A stretch of 64,000 nucleotides of DNA from positions 896,001-960,000 of the forward strand of contig CAVQKE010000004.1 of assembly GCA_963713045.1 (NCBI GenBank), given 5' to 3'. A program made the position numbers and the translations under genes. Below the pieces are notes generated by a model. That model was not told where the DNA came from, ran no database searches, and worked only from the letters and a program-made list of their open reading frames with translations. The DNA is from an uncultured delta proteobacterium. GTDB lineage: Bacteria > Myxococcota > Myxococcia > Myxococcales > Myxococcaceae. Within the stretch, counting starts at the first letter, position 1. Each line of letters starts with the position of its first letter. Below, one piece after another: positions 48,846-58,911 of this stretch.

Positions 48846-50137
48846 GTACGCGGCGGGGCGTCCCACCCGTCAGCCTGAGCCACGCCATCGCCGCGGGTGC
48901 AGCCGCCGACGGAGGCCTCTTCGTCCCCGCGCAACTGCCGAGGCTCGCGCCTGACGTCCAGCCTCAGGAGGGCTCGCTGCAGGAATCTGCCCGGATGGTG
49001 CTCGCTCCCTTTTTCGCCGGTGACGCGCTCGAGCCGGAGCTGGAGGCAATTTGCCGCGAAGCCTTCGGCGATGAGATTCCGCTGGTGGCGCTGGGCACGC
49101 CGCGTGACATGGCGCTGCAGCTATTCCACGGCCCCACCGCCGCCTTCAAGGACTTCGGGGCGCGGTTTCTGGCCGCCTGCCTTCGGCGGTTGAGTCCGCC
49201 GCGAGGCGGCCGGCTGACCGTCTTGGTGGCCACCTCCGGAGACACCGGCAGCGCAGTGGCCGCGGCATTCCACCACGCGCCCGCTGTCCACGTCGTTCTG
49301 CTTTACCCAGAGGGCCGGGTCTCCCCTCGCCAGGCGCACCAGCTGGGCTGCTTCGGGGACAACGTCTCAGCGCTGCGGGTGTCCGGCAGTTTCGACGACT
49401 GTCAACGCATGGTGAAGGCGTCCTTCAGGGACGGGGCGCTGCGCGAGCAGCTGCAGCTCACCTCGGCCAACAGCATCAGTCTCGGACGGCTGCTCCCGCA
49501 GATGGCCTTCCATGCGCACGCTGCCTGGACGCACGGGGCACCCCTCAACCTTGTGGTCCCCAGCGGAAACCTGGGCAACGCCTTGGCCGCCGTTTGGGCG
49601 CGGGAGTTGGGCGCGCCGATTGGCGACGTGGTCCTTGCCACCAACGCCAACCGCGTCCTCGTTGACTTCTTCCAGGGAGGAGACTTTCTGCCGCGGCCCA
49701 GCGTTCCAACGCTGGCCACGGCAATGGACGTCGGCGAGCCGAGCAACTTCGAGCGGCTCCGTTGGACGTTCCCGGACGACGCGGTGCTTCGCTCTGGCCT
49801 GACGGCCGTTCCAGTCGAGGACTCGGAAATTCAAGAGACCATCCAGCTCGGCGAACGCCGGCATGGCCAGCTGTTTTGTCCTCACACCGCGACCGCTGTG
49901 CGCGTCCTGGAAAGACTCCGGGCCGCAGGGGACACTCGGCCCTGGGCGGTCGTCGCCACCGCGCATCCCGCCAAGTTTGAAACGGTGGTGGAACCCCTGG
50001 TGGGGCACCGGGTCCCCGTCCCGGAGTCGCTGGCGGCTTTGCTGGCTCGTCCGGCGCACGCCGAGCCGCTGGAGGCGGACCCGGAAGCCCTCCGGAAGTG
50101 GCTGCTGGTCGACGCCGAGCGGACGCCCGAGACTTAG
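48833..50137 (+). CDS. thrC: Threonine synthase
   Basis: LFHGPTAAFKDFGARF, ATSGDTG, SANSIS and TAHPAKF. Confidence 0.96.
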   Translation: MHYLSTRRGVPPVSLSHAIAAGAAADGGLFVPAQLPRLAPDVQPQEGSLQESARMVLAPFFAGDALEPELEAICREAFGDEIPLVALGTPRDMALQLFHGPTAAFKDFGARFLAACLRRLSPPRGGRLTVLVATSGDTGSAVAAAFHHAPAVHVVLLYPEGRVSPRQAHQLGCFGDNVSALRVSGSFDDCQRMVKASFRDGALREQLQLTSANSISLGRLLPQMAFHAHAAWTHGAPLNLVVPSGNLGNALAAVWARELGAPIGDVVLATNANRVLVDFFQGGDFLPRPSVPTLATAMDVGEPSNFERLRWTFPDDAVLRSGLTAVPVEDSEIQETIQLGERRHGQLFCPHTATAVRVLERLRAAGDTRPWAVVATAHPAKFETVVEPLVGHRVPVPESLAALLARPAHAEPLEADPEALRKWLLVDAERTPET

Positions 50138-50979
50138 GGCGCTTTGCCGCGCGGCGCGGCCAGCTTGGCCCGCTGTCGGACCACTTCATAAAGGAAGAGA
50201 GCCGCAGCCACCGAGGCGTTGAGGGAGGCCACGCCCGGGGCGACGGGGATGCGCAGGCGAAAGTCCGAATGCCCTAGGACGCCGGGCCGGATGCCTTCCC
50301 CCTCAGCGCCCACGACGAGGGCCAAGGGCCCGTCCAGGGGCGCTTCCCACAGAGGCTTCTCTCCCGCAGGGTCGGCCGCCGCCACCCAGAGGCCGCTCCC
50401 CTTGAGGTCCTCAAGAGCGCGAGAGACGTTGGTGACGCGGGCAATGCGCAGATGCTCCACCGCCCCAGCGGAGGCCTTGGCCACCGCCGCGGTCACGCCG
50501 GCCGCCCGGTCCCGTCCCAGCACCACGCCGTGCGCGCCGAACGCATACGCCGACCGAATGATGGCTCCCAGGTTGTGCGGGTCCTGAATTCCATCCAGGA
50601 CGACCAACAGCGGGGGTTGCTTGGCCGCCCGGGCGAGTGCCAGCAGCTCCTCCAGTCCAGCGTAGGGGTAGGCCCGGAGCTCCGCCACCACTCCCTGGTG
50701 CACGCCGCTCTCCGCCAACTCCAAGAGGTGCTCTCGCGGCACCCTCTCCACACGAACGCCAGCCGCCTCGGCGCGCGCCACCACCTCTTGAGCGTGGCCG
50801 GAGGGTGGCATTCCTTCTGCCACCAGAAGCCGCTCCACTTCGGTAGCGCGCGCACGCAGCGCCTCGAGCACCGGGTGAATGCCGTACACCACCCGCTCTG
50901 CGGCCGTCGCCCGGTGTGCCTCGCGCGAGGGGGGCCGGCGGCGGTCCCGTGCGCCAGGGGGCCCCCCGCGTCTGGCCAT
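50134..50979 (-). CDS. rlmB: 23S rRNA (Gm2251) methyltransferase RlmB (SPOUT)
   Basis: VYGIHPVLEAL, LDGIQDPHNLGAIIRS, GAEGEGIR and SLNASVA. Confidence 0.93.
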   Translation of the reverse strand: MARRGGPPGARDRRRPPSREAHRATAAERVVYGIHPVLEALRARATEVERLLVAEGMPPSGHAQEVVARAEAAGVRVERVPREHLLELAESGVHQGVVAELRAYPYAGLEELLALARAAKQPPLLVVLDGIQDPHNLGAIIRSAYAFGAHGVVLGRDRAAGVTAAVAKASAGAVEHLRIARVTNVSRALEDLKGSGLWVAAADPAGEKPLWEAPLDGPLALVVGAEGEGIRPGVLGHSDFRLRIPVAPGVASLNASVAAALFLYEVVRQRAKLAAPRGKAP

Positions 50980-51419
50980 CAGTCCACCGTCACTGGCAGG
51001 CTGACTGTCCTCTGCTGCCGGCTGCACAGCGTCTCAGTACAGACGAAGAAGGTGAGTTTGGCTTCCACGGCGCCCGGCCCTTTCGAAGAGGCGGTGAGGG
51101 GCACCTCGAAACGTGGGTCGGGCGGCCCAGACGGCTTGGGCAGCGGCTTCGCATCGCTTCGGCTGAGCAGGGCTTTGGCGGGCTCCACCCCGCCCGAGCC
51201 GCTCAGGGCGAGCTTCATCGGTGCATCCTCAGAAATGTGGGCACCGGCAATGGTCCGGATGGAGAGGACGAAGGTGCCAGGCTGCCCGGCCTTGAGGACG
51301 GTGGTGCTGCCTTCGGTGCTGAGGACGTAAAGCGAGGCAACGTCCGGGTCAGTCTGCGGACCGGACGCCACGGCGGCCGGCGCGGCCAGAAGAAGCAGGG
51401 CCAACAAAGCTTTGCGCAT
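50979..51419 (-). CDS. Secreted hypothetical protein (beta-sandwich with CxxxxC, DsbD-N-like)
   Basis: Signal peptide MRKALLALLLLAAPAAVA; C-terminal FFVCTETLCSRQ; TGATG-coupled to rlmB. Confidence 0.65.
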   Translation of the reverse strand: MRKALLALLLLAAPAAVASGPQTDPDVASLYVLSTEGSTTVLKAGQPGTFVLSIRTIAGAHISEDAPMKLALSGSGGVEPAKALLSRSDAKPLPKPSGPPDPRFEVPLTASSKGPGAVEAKLTFFVCTETLCSRQQRTVSLPVTVD

Positions 51420-51431
51420 TCTCTTCTCCTA

Positions 51432-52370
51432 TCACCGGACTTGAGCGCGTGGCAGAGGCCGCACCCGCGTCTGGCCCCGGCCTGCCACCGGGGAGCTCTC
51501 GGCCACCAGTGCTTCCACCCGGGCTACCACCTTGGTGGCGAGGTCGAGTCCGGTCGCCCGCTCCATTTCGGCGAGCGCCGGGGAGGCATTCACTTCGAAG
51601 ACCTTCGGCTGCCCTCGCACGTCAATCAAGTCAACGCCCGCCACTTCCAGCCCCACCAGCCGAGCCGTCTTCACCGCGGCACTGCGCTGAGCCTCGGTCA
51701 GCGCCAGCGGCTCCAAGCGCGCTCCGCGGTTGAGGGTATGCGCGAGGCGGTTCATCCTGGGACGCCGGCGGACCGCGGCCACCGCCTCACCTCCCACCAC
51801 CAGCACCCGCACATCGAGACCGCCGCGGCGCGCGTACTGCTGGAGGATGAGGTCTTGGCCGAGCCCGAGGATGGCCTCCAGCGCCGCCTCGAGTGACGCA
51901 AGGCTTTCGCACACCATCACTCCGCGGCGCTCCTGTCCGCGCAAAAGCTTCACCAGGACCGGCACGCCGCCAACCAGTTTCACCATCGCCCGCAGGTCAC
52001 CCGCGCTGCGGGCCATGACCGTGGCCGGGATGTTGACTCCATGGGAGGCCAGCAGCTGCAGGCAGCGCATTTTGTTGCGCGCCCCAGAAATGCCCTGCGT
52101 GCCGTTCAGCAGGGGCACGCCCTGCAGCGCGAATTGGTTCACGACGGCCATCCCATAGGTGGAGATGGACTCGGCGATGCGGGGGATGACCGCATCGGTC
52201 GGTGGCAACCGGCGCCTGCGGTAATAGAGGACGGCTCGGTCGCGGTCGAGGTGCATTTCCACCTGCACCGGGTCGAGCACCTGCACGGCGTGCCCACGGG
52301 CCCGCGCCGCCTCCACCAGACGGGCGGTGGACGCAATGCGTGCCGAGCGCGAGAGGAGGGTCAGCCTCAT
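51432..52370 (-). CDS. RimK-family ATP-grasp ligase, divergent
   Basis: LLSRS...STARLVEAARARGH, DAVIPRI, ARNKMR and GVDLI...FEVNASP. Confidence 0.85.
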   Translation of the reverse strand: MRLTLLSRSARIASTARLVEAARARGHAVQVLDPVQVEMHLDRDRAVLYYRRRRLPPTDAVIPRIAESISTYGMAVVNQFALQGVPLLNGTQGISGARNKMRCLQLLASHGVNIPATVMARSAGDLRAMVKLVGGVPVLVKLLRGQERRGVMVCESLASLEAALEAILGLGQDLILQQYARRGGLDVRVLVVGGEAVAAVRRRPRMNRLAHTLNRGARLEPLALTEAQRSAAVKTARLVGLEVAGVDLIDVRGQPKVFEVNASPALAEMERATGLDLATKVVARVEALVAESSPVAGRGQTRVRPLPRAQVR

Positions 52371-52439
52371 GGCTGACGCTAGGCACAGCGGGGGTCCGCC
52401 CTGCAAGCTGCCGCTGGGACCTTGAAGGCCCCCTTGGGC

Positions 52440-53744
52440 TTACAGGGGCGTGACGATGCGGATTTGCAGCTGCAGCGGGTTTTCCTTGGTGGAGGCCTGA
52501 ATTTCCGTGCACAGCTGGCCAACAAACACCAGCGTGGGCGCCCCGCCGTCCGCCGGCTGGTAAGACCAAGTGTCCGGTCCGCTGAGGACGGGATTGCCGT
52601 TGACGACGACGCTGATGAGGTCCTGCGTGCTGGGCACAACGGTGAGCGGCACGACGCAGGCGGCGGCACCCACCCCGGCGTAAATTTGGTTGAGCGCGTC
52701 GGCCAGCGACGCCTCATCGGTGGCCTCGTACCACTGCTTGGAGCACAGCCCGGTGCCGAGGTCACAGGGGTTGGTTGGGCCGCAGGACTGGGTCTTGTTG
52801 GGACAAAGCCGAGGGCCAAACCCACCGGCAATGGCCATCTCCTGAAGCGTACTCGCGGCGGAGGCCGCTGCGGTGTCGGCGCCGAAGCCCAGCACCACGG
52901 TGGTGATGTCTAACTTCGACTTGAGCTCCGAGATGACATTGACAGTGGCCACGTCATCCAGGCAGCCAATGCCCGCCGGCTGCGCGTCGAGGCAGTCCTG
53001 GTCCGACTCCAGCGTGCAGACACACGTCGCCGGGTCGAGGGTGTCGTTGCAGTTGGGCAACCCGTCCGTCAAAAGCAGGATGTAAGCGTCGCGGGCGGGG
53101 TCTACCACCGCACCGGGATTGGAGTTGAAGTACTTGAAGCTGTCACCGGTGGGCGTGCCGCCCCCGGTCCCGGTGGGACCCTGGGGGTTGCTGCTCTGCA
53201 CCATGGCCAGGGCAGCGATGCCAGCGTCGGCCAGCTGCTGCAGCGACGCGGTGGAGTCGTCAGCGGTGATGGGAATGGGCGCTTGGATGGCCAAGAGCGG
53301 CTTGCACTGGTTGGCCACCACGGCATCCGGCGGCTGGGGAAAGAAAGCCAAGCCGAACCGGGCCGAGGCGTAGTCACTCGCCATAAACGCCGACACCGTC
53401 GAGCTGAGGGTGCTCCAACGGGTGGGGCAGACGCCTGCGTCACACGGGAAGGCCTTGTCCTGACCGCACACCGCTCCGCCCGGCGCCGTGTAGCAGGCGA
53501 GGTTGGTGGGGTCGACGGGCAGGTCCATCGAGCCCGACTTGTCCACCATCAGCATCAGGTTGGGCTTGAAGGGTGTGACGGTAAGCGTCTTGGTCTGCGT
53601 CGTCTGCCCGAGGGCCAATGGCGTCACTGGCTCGAAGTCATACACCTGGCACCCATTCGTCAAAGCGGCCAGAAGCAGCGCCCCGGCGGCCGCGCCGACG
53701 GGTGCAAAGAGAGGGGAGCGGCGCGAGTTCGAGCGTGAGGGCAT
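52440..53744 (-). CDS. cglB: Gliding motility lipoprotein CglB (vWA adhesin)
   Basis: Lipobox LTNGC|QVYDFEPVTPLA, MIDAS VDKSGS, GGTPT and LLTDGLPNCN; 17 Cys in the mature protein. Confidence 0.88.
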   Translation of the reverse strand: MPSRSNSRRSPLFAPVGAAAGALLLAALTNGCQVYDFEPVTPLALGQTTQTKTLTVTPFKPNLMLMVDKSGSMDLPVDPTNLACYTAPGGAVCGQDKAFPCDAGVCPTRWSTLSSTVSAFMASDYASARFGLAFFPQPPDAVVANQCKPLLAIQAPIPITADDSTASLQQLADAGIAALAMVQSSNPQGPTGTGGGTPTGDSFKYFNSNPGAVVDPARDAYILLLTDGLPNCNDTLDPATCVCTLESDQDCLDAQPAGIGCLDDVATVNVISELKSKLDITTVVLGFGADTAAASAASTLQEMAIAGGFGPRLCPNKTQSCGPTNPCDLGTGLCSKQWYEATDEASLADALNQIYAGVGAAACVVPLTVVPSTQDLISVVVNGNPVLSGPDTWSYQPADGGAPTLVFVGQLCTEIQASTKENPLQLQIRIVTPL

Positions 53745-53850
53745 GGGCGAACGGGCTCTAGAGCATACTTCCCGGGTGCCACGTCTCGCCATTGCGTGGC
53801 TATCCCACCTCTCCTCCCTTCATCGCCTGTTGGCGGGGCACGCGGGACGT

Positions 53851-54243
53851 CTAGAAGGACAGCAACCGGGCGCCTTCGGTGAGGCGCCAAAGCGCCGGCA
53901 ACCCCATCACTGCGTCCAAGGCCTGCTCTGCTTCGTCGGCGGGCACACCCGCAATCCGCAGCATGGTGTCGCATGCGACGCAGCGAGCACCCAACCCGCG
54001 CGCCTCGGCCAACATCGTCGCGGGTGGTGGTAACCCCAGCCCTTCGGCTCTCGCGCTCTCGACCGCTTCCCGGTCGGACAGCGGACGCCCAAAGTCGCCT
54101 CGGACGAGCTGTCGCAAAGCATCAAAGGCGAAGACGAAGAAGACGTCGTCCCCCAACGCGGCGGCGGTGATTCCCATCGACGCAACCTGGTAGGCCGGCT
54201 GATAGCCGCCGCGCTGAAGGAAGAAGAGCACGCGCCCGGGCAT
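53851..54243 (-). CDS. DsrE/DsrF-like protein
   Basis: ITAAALGDDVFFVFAFDAL and CVACDTM motifs; 130 aa. Confidence 0.7.
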   Translation of the reverse strand: MPGRVLFFLQRGGYQPAYQVASMGITAAALGDDVFFVFAFDALRQLVRGDFGRPLSDREAVESARAEGLGLPPPATMLAEARGLGARCVACDTMLRIAGVPADEAEQALDAVMGLPALWRLTEGARLLSF

Positions 54244-54348
54244 AGGGAGTTGTCCCGGCGAAGCAGTGTCCCACACGTGACAACGCCACTGCCAGGGCGC
54301 CAGCAGTCGCATCGAGAACCAAACGGGGCTATGAGGGCCGACGCCTGG

Positions 54349-55041
54349 ATGCGACCCACCGTCCTGCTGTTCGACATTGACGGGACACTTGTCACCACCG
54401 GGGGCGTCGGCCGGCGTGCCCTGGAGATTGCCTTCGAGCGCGTCCATGGCCGCCGGGACGCCTGCTCAGGGTTTCGCCTGGACGGGATGACCGACCGCGC
54501 CATCGTCCGCGGCGGACTCCTGGCCCTCGGACACTCCACCAGTGCGACGTCGATTGACGAAGTCCTCGGCCGTTACCTCGAGGTGCTGGCCGGGGAGGTG
54601 GCCGCCGCGCCCGCCGAAACGTACCGAGTCCATGACGGCATTTGCCAGACGCTCGACGCCGCCGCTGGCCGAGCCAATGTTGCCATTGGCCTGGGCACCG
54701 GAAACATCCGAGAGGGGGCCCGCATCAAGCTCGAACGGGTGGGGCTGTTTCAACGCTTCGGCTTCGGCGGCTTCGGCTGCGATGACGAGGACCGGACCGC
54801 TCTTCTGCGCCGAGGCGCCGAGCGGGGTGCAGCCGCGCTCGGCCGTGGGTTTCACGAAGTCCGCGTTGTCGTCATCGGCGACACGCCGAAGGACGTGCTG
54901 GCTGCCCGCGGCATTGGCGCCGAGTCGGTGGGCGTCGGCACTGGCTTCTTCTCAGCAGCGCAGCTGCAGGGGACCGGTGCCACCTGGGCCTTCCCCTCCC
55001 TCGCCGTTCCTGGCGCGGTGGAGGCGGTGCTCGGCGCTTGA
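54349..55041 (+). CDS. HAD-superfamily hydrolase
   Basis: LFDIDGTL motif I, GTGN and VIGDTPKD motif IV. Confidence 0.9.
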   Translation: MRPTVLLFDIDGTLVTTGGVGRRALEIAFERVHGRRDACSGFRLDGMTDRAIVRGGLLALGHSTSATSIDEVLGRYLEVLAGEVAAAPAETYRVHDGICQTLDAAAGRANVAIGLGTGNIREGARIKLERVGLFQRFGFGGFGCDDEDRTALLRRGAERGAAALGRGFHEVRVVVIGDTPKDVLAARGIGAESVGVGTGFFSAAQLQGTGATWAFPSLAVPGAVEAVLGA

Positions 55042-57590
55042 GTCGCCACGGCGCGGCAGCCCTCTCGCTTCCCGTCGACGGACTGTTGCCCAGGCTGGTT
55101 GACGTCCTCCGGGAGTGGCCTGCGGTGGTGCTGCAAGCGGCTCCCGGTGCGGGCAAGACCACCCGAGTTCCGCCCGCCCTGTTGGACGCCGGCTTAGCCG
55201 GAGACGGCGAGGTCTGGGTGCTCGAACCCAGGAGACTGGCCACGCGGCTGGCGGCGGCCCGGGTGGCGGAGGAGCGCGGAGAGGCGCTGGGCGAGACGGT
55301 GGGCTACCAAATTCGCTTCGAGGAGCGCGCCGGCCCGCACACCCGTCTTCGCTACCTCACCGAGGGCGTCCTCGGGCGCCGGCTACTTTCCAACCCGACC
55401 CTCAGCGGGGTGGGCGCAGTGGTGTTGGATGAGTTTCACGAGCGCCACCTCCAGGGAGATTTGGCCCTGGCCTTGCTGCGCCGGCTTCAGCACCAGGGCC
55501 ATCCCCTGAAGCTGGTGGTGATGTCCGCCACCTTGGAGACGCGGCCCTTGGAGGCCTTTCTCGGAGGGAGCCCCCTTCTCGCCTCCGAAGGTCGTCTCTT
55601 CCCGGTGGAGGTGGAGTACCTCGACGCAGTCGACGCACGGCCTCTGGACGTCCAGGTGCTGGCGGCACTGAAGCGCCTTTCCCCAAGGCTTCCCGAGGGA
55701 GACGTCCTCGTCTTTCTTCCGGGGGCCGCCGAAATCCGGCGCGCTCAAGCCGCTTGCGCCGACTTCGCCCAACGGCACGGCTTTGTGGTGCTGCCGCTGC
55801 ACGGTGACTTACCGCTGGCCGACCAGGACCGGGCCGTCCGCCCAGGCGGAGGCCGCAAGCTTCTCCTTTCCACCAATGTGGCGGAGAGCTCGGTCACCAT
55901 TCCCGGCGTGTCAGCCGTCATCGACTCGGGTCTGGCGCGCCTTCCAGCGCATTCCCCATGGTCCGGACTGCCCTCGCTGCAGACGGTGCGCATTAGCCAG
56001 GCCAGTGCCGTCCAGCGCTCCGGGCGCGCCGGGCGGACCCGCGCCGGACGCTCGCTGCGCCTCTTCACCAAGGCGGACTTCGAGGGTCGACCGCGGCACG
56101 AGACACCTGAGATTGCACGCGCCGACCTCTCCGAAACCGTCCTCGCCCTGGCCGCCTCTGGCGTCGCGGACCGCCGCCATTTCCCTTTTTTTCAGGCCCC
56201 GCCGGCCGCTGCACTGGAGGCTGCGGAGCGCCTCCTCTCGGAGTTAGGCGCGCTCGACGCCGGCGGGCAACTGACAGCCCTCGGGAGTCGGATGCTGGAG
56301 TTTCCGCTGCACCCGAGATTGGCCCGGATGGTGGTAGAGGGCGAGCGGCGAGGCGTTGGACGTGCCGCCGCCTTGGCCGCGGCCGTGCTTGGCGAGCGCG
56401 ACGTGCGCCGCTCGGTGCGGACCCAACTGGAGGCTGCGCGCAGCCGCACCGCCCCCACCAGCGCGCGCTCGGACGTGCTGGAGCGGCTGGCGGACTTGGA
56501 CGCGCGGGCGCAGGCGGAGCTCGACCCAGTGGCGGTGGCCGCGGTGCAGCGCGCCGGCCGGCAGCTGGGGCGGGTGGTGGACAGCCGGGTCCCGGCGCCC
56601 CGGACCGAAGCGGCGCGGGAGGACGCGCTGTTGCTCTCGGTGCTGACTGGCTTTCCGGACCGGGTTGGCCGCCGTCGCCGCCCGCACGCCCCGGAGCTCC
56701 TCTTGTCTGCCGGCGGAAGTGCCATTCTCGACGAGGGGAGTGCCGTACGGGAGCCGCAATTGCTGGTGGCCCTCGACGCCGAAGTGCGGACTGGGCCCCG
56801 CGGGCCTGAGACGCGAGTGCGCGTGGCCAGCGAAGTCAAAGAGGAGTGGCTGCTCGACCTCTTCCCCGAGCGCATCCGCGATTCCGAAGTGCTGGTGTGG
56901 AATGCGGCCCAGGCGCGGGTGGACCAGGTGAGCCAGCTGCTGTACGGCGCTCTGGTTCTGGATGAATCCCGGAAGCCGGCCTCGCCCTCGCCAGCCGTCT
57001 CCGCCATTTTGGCCGAGGAATTACGACGGACGGGACTCTCGGGCCTCCTCGACGCCGAGGCGCTCGACACGTGGACCGCGCGCGTTGCACTGCTGGCGCA
57101 GGCTTACCCAGAGGCCGGCGTACAGCTGCCGGTGGAGGACGTCAGCGGACGCCTGGCCGACGCGCTCGCCGAGGGGCGCTCTAGCCTTCAGGACGTCGAC
57201 GCGCCGGCGGCGGAGGCGGCCCTGGAGGCGCTGTTGCCACCCCCAGCCCGGGCGTTGTTGCGCCGTGCATTCCCCCTTTCCGTCACCCTGGCCAGTGGGC
57301 GGCTTCTCAAAGTGCACTACCCACGCGGGGCTCCCCCCTTCGTGGCCTCACGGTTGCAGGACTTTTTCGGGCTGCGCGAAGGACCGCGCCTTGGCGACGG
57401 GCGCGTCCCGCTGGTGCTGCAGCTGCTGGCGCCCAACCAGCGGCCGGTCCAAGTGACGACCGACCTGGTCGGCTTTTGGGAGCGTCACTACCCTGCCCTT
57501 CGCCGGGAGCTCGGACGACGCTACCCACGTCACTCCTGGCCGGAGGACCCAACCCAGGCGGCGCCGCCGCAACGGGGGCCACGACGCTGA
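55038..57590 (+). CDS. hrpB: ATP-dependent helicase HrpB
   Basis: APGAGKTT, DEFHER, MSAT, QRSGRAGR and C-terminal RYPRHSWPEDP. Confidence 0.95.
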   Translation: MSRHGAAALSLPVDGLLPRLVDVLREWPAVVLQAAPGAGKTTRVPPALLDAGLAGDGEVWVLEPRRLATRLAAARVAEERGEALGETVGYQIRFEERAGPHTRLRYLTEGVLGRRLLSNPTLSGVGAVVLDEFHERHLQGDLALALLRRLQHQGHPLKLVVMSATLETRPLEAFLGGSPLLASEGRLFPVEVEYLDAVDARPLDVQVLAALKRLSPRLPEGDVLVFLPGAAEIRRAQAACADFAQRHGFVVLPLHGDLPLADQDRAVRPGGGRKLLLSTNVAESSVTIPGVSAVIDSGLARLPAHSPWSGLPSLQTVRISQASAVQRSGRAGRTRAGRSLRLFTKADFEGRPRHETPEIARADLSETVLALAASGVADRRHFPFFQAPPAAALEAAERLLSELGALDAGGQLTALGSRMLEFPLHPRLARMVVEGERRGVGRAAALAAAVLGERDVRRSVRTQLEAARSRTAPTSARSDVLERLADLDARAQAELDPVAVAAVQRAGRQLGRVVDSRVPAPRTEAAREDALLLSVLTGFPDRVGRRRRPHAPELLLSAGGSAILDEGSAVREPQLLVALDAEVRTGPRGPETRVRVASEVKEEWLLDLFPERIRDSEVLVWNAAQARVDQVSQLLYGALVLDESRKPASPSPAVSAILAEELRRTGLSGLLDAEALDTWTARVALLAQAYPEAGVQLPVEDVSGRLADALAEGRSSLQDVDAPAAEAALEALLPPPARALLRRAFPLSVTLASGRLLKVHYPRGAPPFVASRLQDFFGLREGPRLGDGRVPLVLQLLAPNQRPVQVTTDLVGFWERHYPALRRELGRRYPRHSWPEDPTQAAPPQRGPRR

Positions 57591-57615
57591 AGCGCTGACT
57601 TACTTCGTTGTCACC

Positions 57616-58911
57616 ATGACACTCGCAGTGTTACATGCCCCGCGGTCAATGACCCGACGAGTTCTTTTCGCCTCCCTCGAAGCGGGCGACGGCCACAACG
57701 TGCTGCGCGACGCCCTCGTTGCATCCCTGCGCCGCGTCGACCCGGAGCACCGAAGGTTTGAGCCAGTCAGCTGGACGAGCGCCGACCGCTCGGTCCAGCG
57801 CTTCTACGCCATCTGCGTGCACCACTTCACCCGGCTGCAAGGCACCGTCTTTAAGTGGACCGGTCAGCGGTGGGCGATGGAGGTGGGCATGTGGCTCACC
57901 CCCACCCTTCAGCACGAGGCGCGGACGCTGCTGCGCGAGTCACGCTGCGACGCCATCGTCTCCACCCACGCGCTGTTTAGCATCATCCTGGCGCGGGCCC
58001 GCGCCCAGCTGGGCATTCGCCTCCCGCTGGTCGGCGCCGTTCCGGACTACGGGGCACCCAGTGACGGGTACTTTCCCCCCAGCCCTGCGATGCAGCCGGA
58101 CTACCTGTTGGTGATGGGAGAGGACACGCTGGCCCACTACCGGGGCGAGGGCGTCAGCGAGGACCGTCTTCACCTCTCGGGCTTTCTCACCCGGGAGGCC
58201 TTCGCCCGGGTGGGCCACCGCATGCGAACCGAGCCCCGGGCCCAAGCTCGGGCTGGGCTGCGGGAGGAGGTGGCTCAGGAGACGCCGAGCTTTTCTTCGT
58301 TCGACCTCAATCGCCCGACGCTCCTTTTCTTGGGCGGCTCGGCCTGGACAGCGAAGACGGAACCCGTGCTGCGGCGGGTGATGGCGGATGGCGCGCTTCG
58401 CAACAGTGTCAACCTGGTGGTGGTGTGCGGGCGAGACCGCCGCTTCTACGAGGCCTTTTCCCCGCACGCCGCGGACGGGGTGCATGTCTTCGGCTACGTC
58501 TCCCCCGCCATCCTGGCCGCGCTGATGGGGCTAGCGGACATTCCGGTGCTGGGCAGCCTGGCGCCGGCAACGCTGCAGGAGTTGCTCGAGACCGAGCTCG
58601 GGCCCCTGTTGCTATTTCACTACATCCCGGGCGCCGAGCGCAGCCACGTGAGCTACATCGAGGCTCAACGCCTCGGCGTGTATGAGCCCGACGCGCCGGC
58701 CATGTTGCAGATTATTCGCGAAGCGGTGGGGATGGCTCGCGTCTCCTCGCGCATCTCCCTGGTCCGCGAGGGCTTCCGGGACCGTGCTCGCGAGCTGCGA
58801 CGCCGGAGCGTGGAGCGGGCGATGGGGCTCCCCAGTTTCTTGTCCCGGGTCTGTGGGCAGCCGCTCCCTCGCCACGCCGCCGCCGACGCCACCTCCAGCC
58901 AACCGCGCTAG
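57616..58911 (+). CDS. GT28/MGDG-synthase (UgtP)-like glycosyltransferase, divergent
   Basis: AGDGH loop, DAIVSTH, PDY, LFLGGS, VVVCGR and IPGAE. Confidence 0.7.
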   Translation: MTLAVLHAPRSMTRRVLFASLEAGDGHNVLRDALVASLRRVDPEHRRFEPVSWTSADRSVQRFYAICVHHFTRLQGTVFKWTGQRWAMEVGMWLTPTLQHEARTLLRESRCDAIVSTHALFSIILARARAQLGIRLPLVGAVPDYGAPSDGYFPPSPAMQPDYLLVMGEDTLAHYRGEGVSEDRLHLSGFLTREAFARVGHRMRTEPRAQARAGLREEVAQETPSFSSFDLNRPTLLFLGGSAWTAKTEPVLRRVMADGALRNSVNLVVVCGRDRRFYEAFSPHAADGVHVFGYVSPAILAALMGLADIPVLGSLAPATLQELLETELGPLLLFHYIPGAERSHVSYIEAQRLGVYEPDAPAMLQIIREAVGMARVSSRISLVREGFRDRARELRRRSVERAMGLPSFLSRVCGQPLPRHAAADATSSQPR

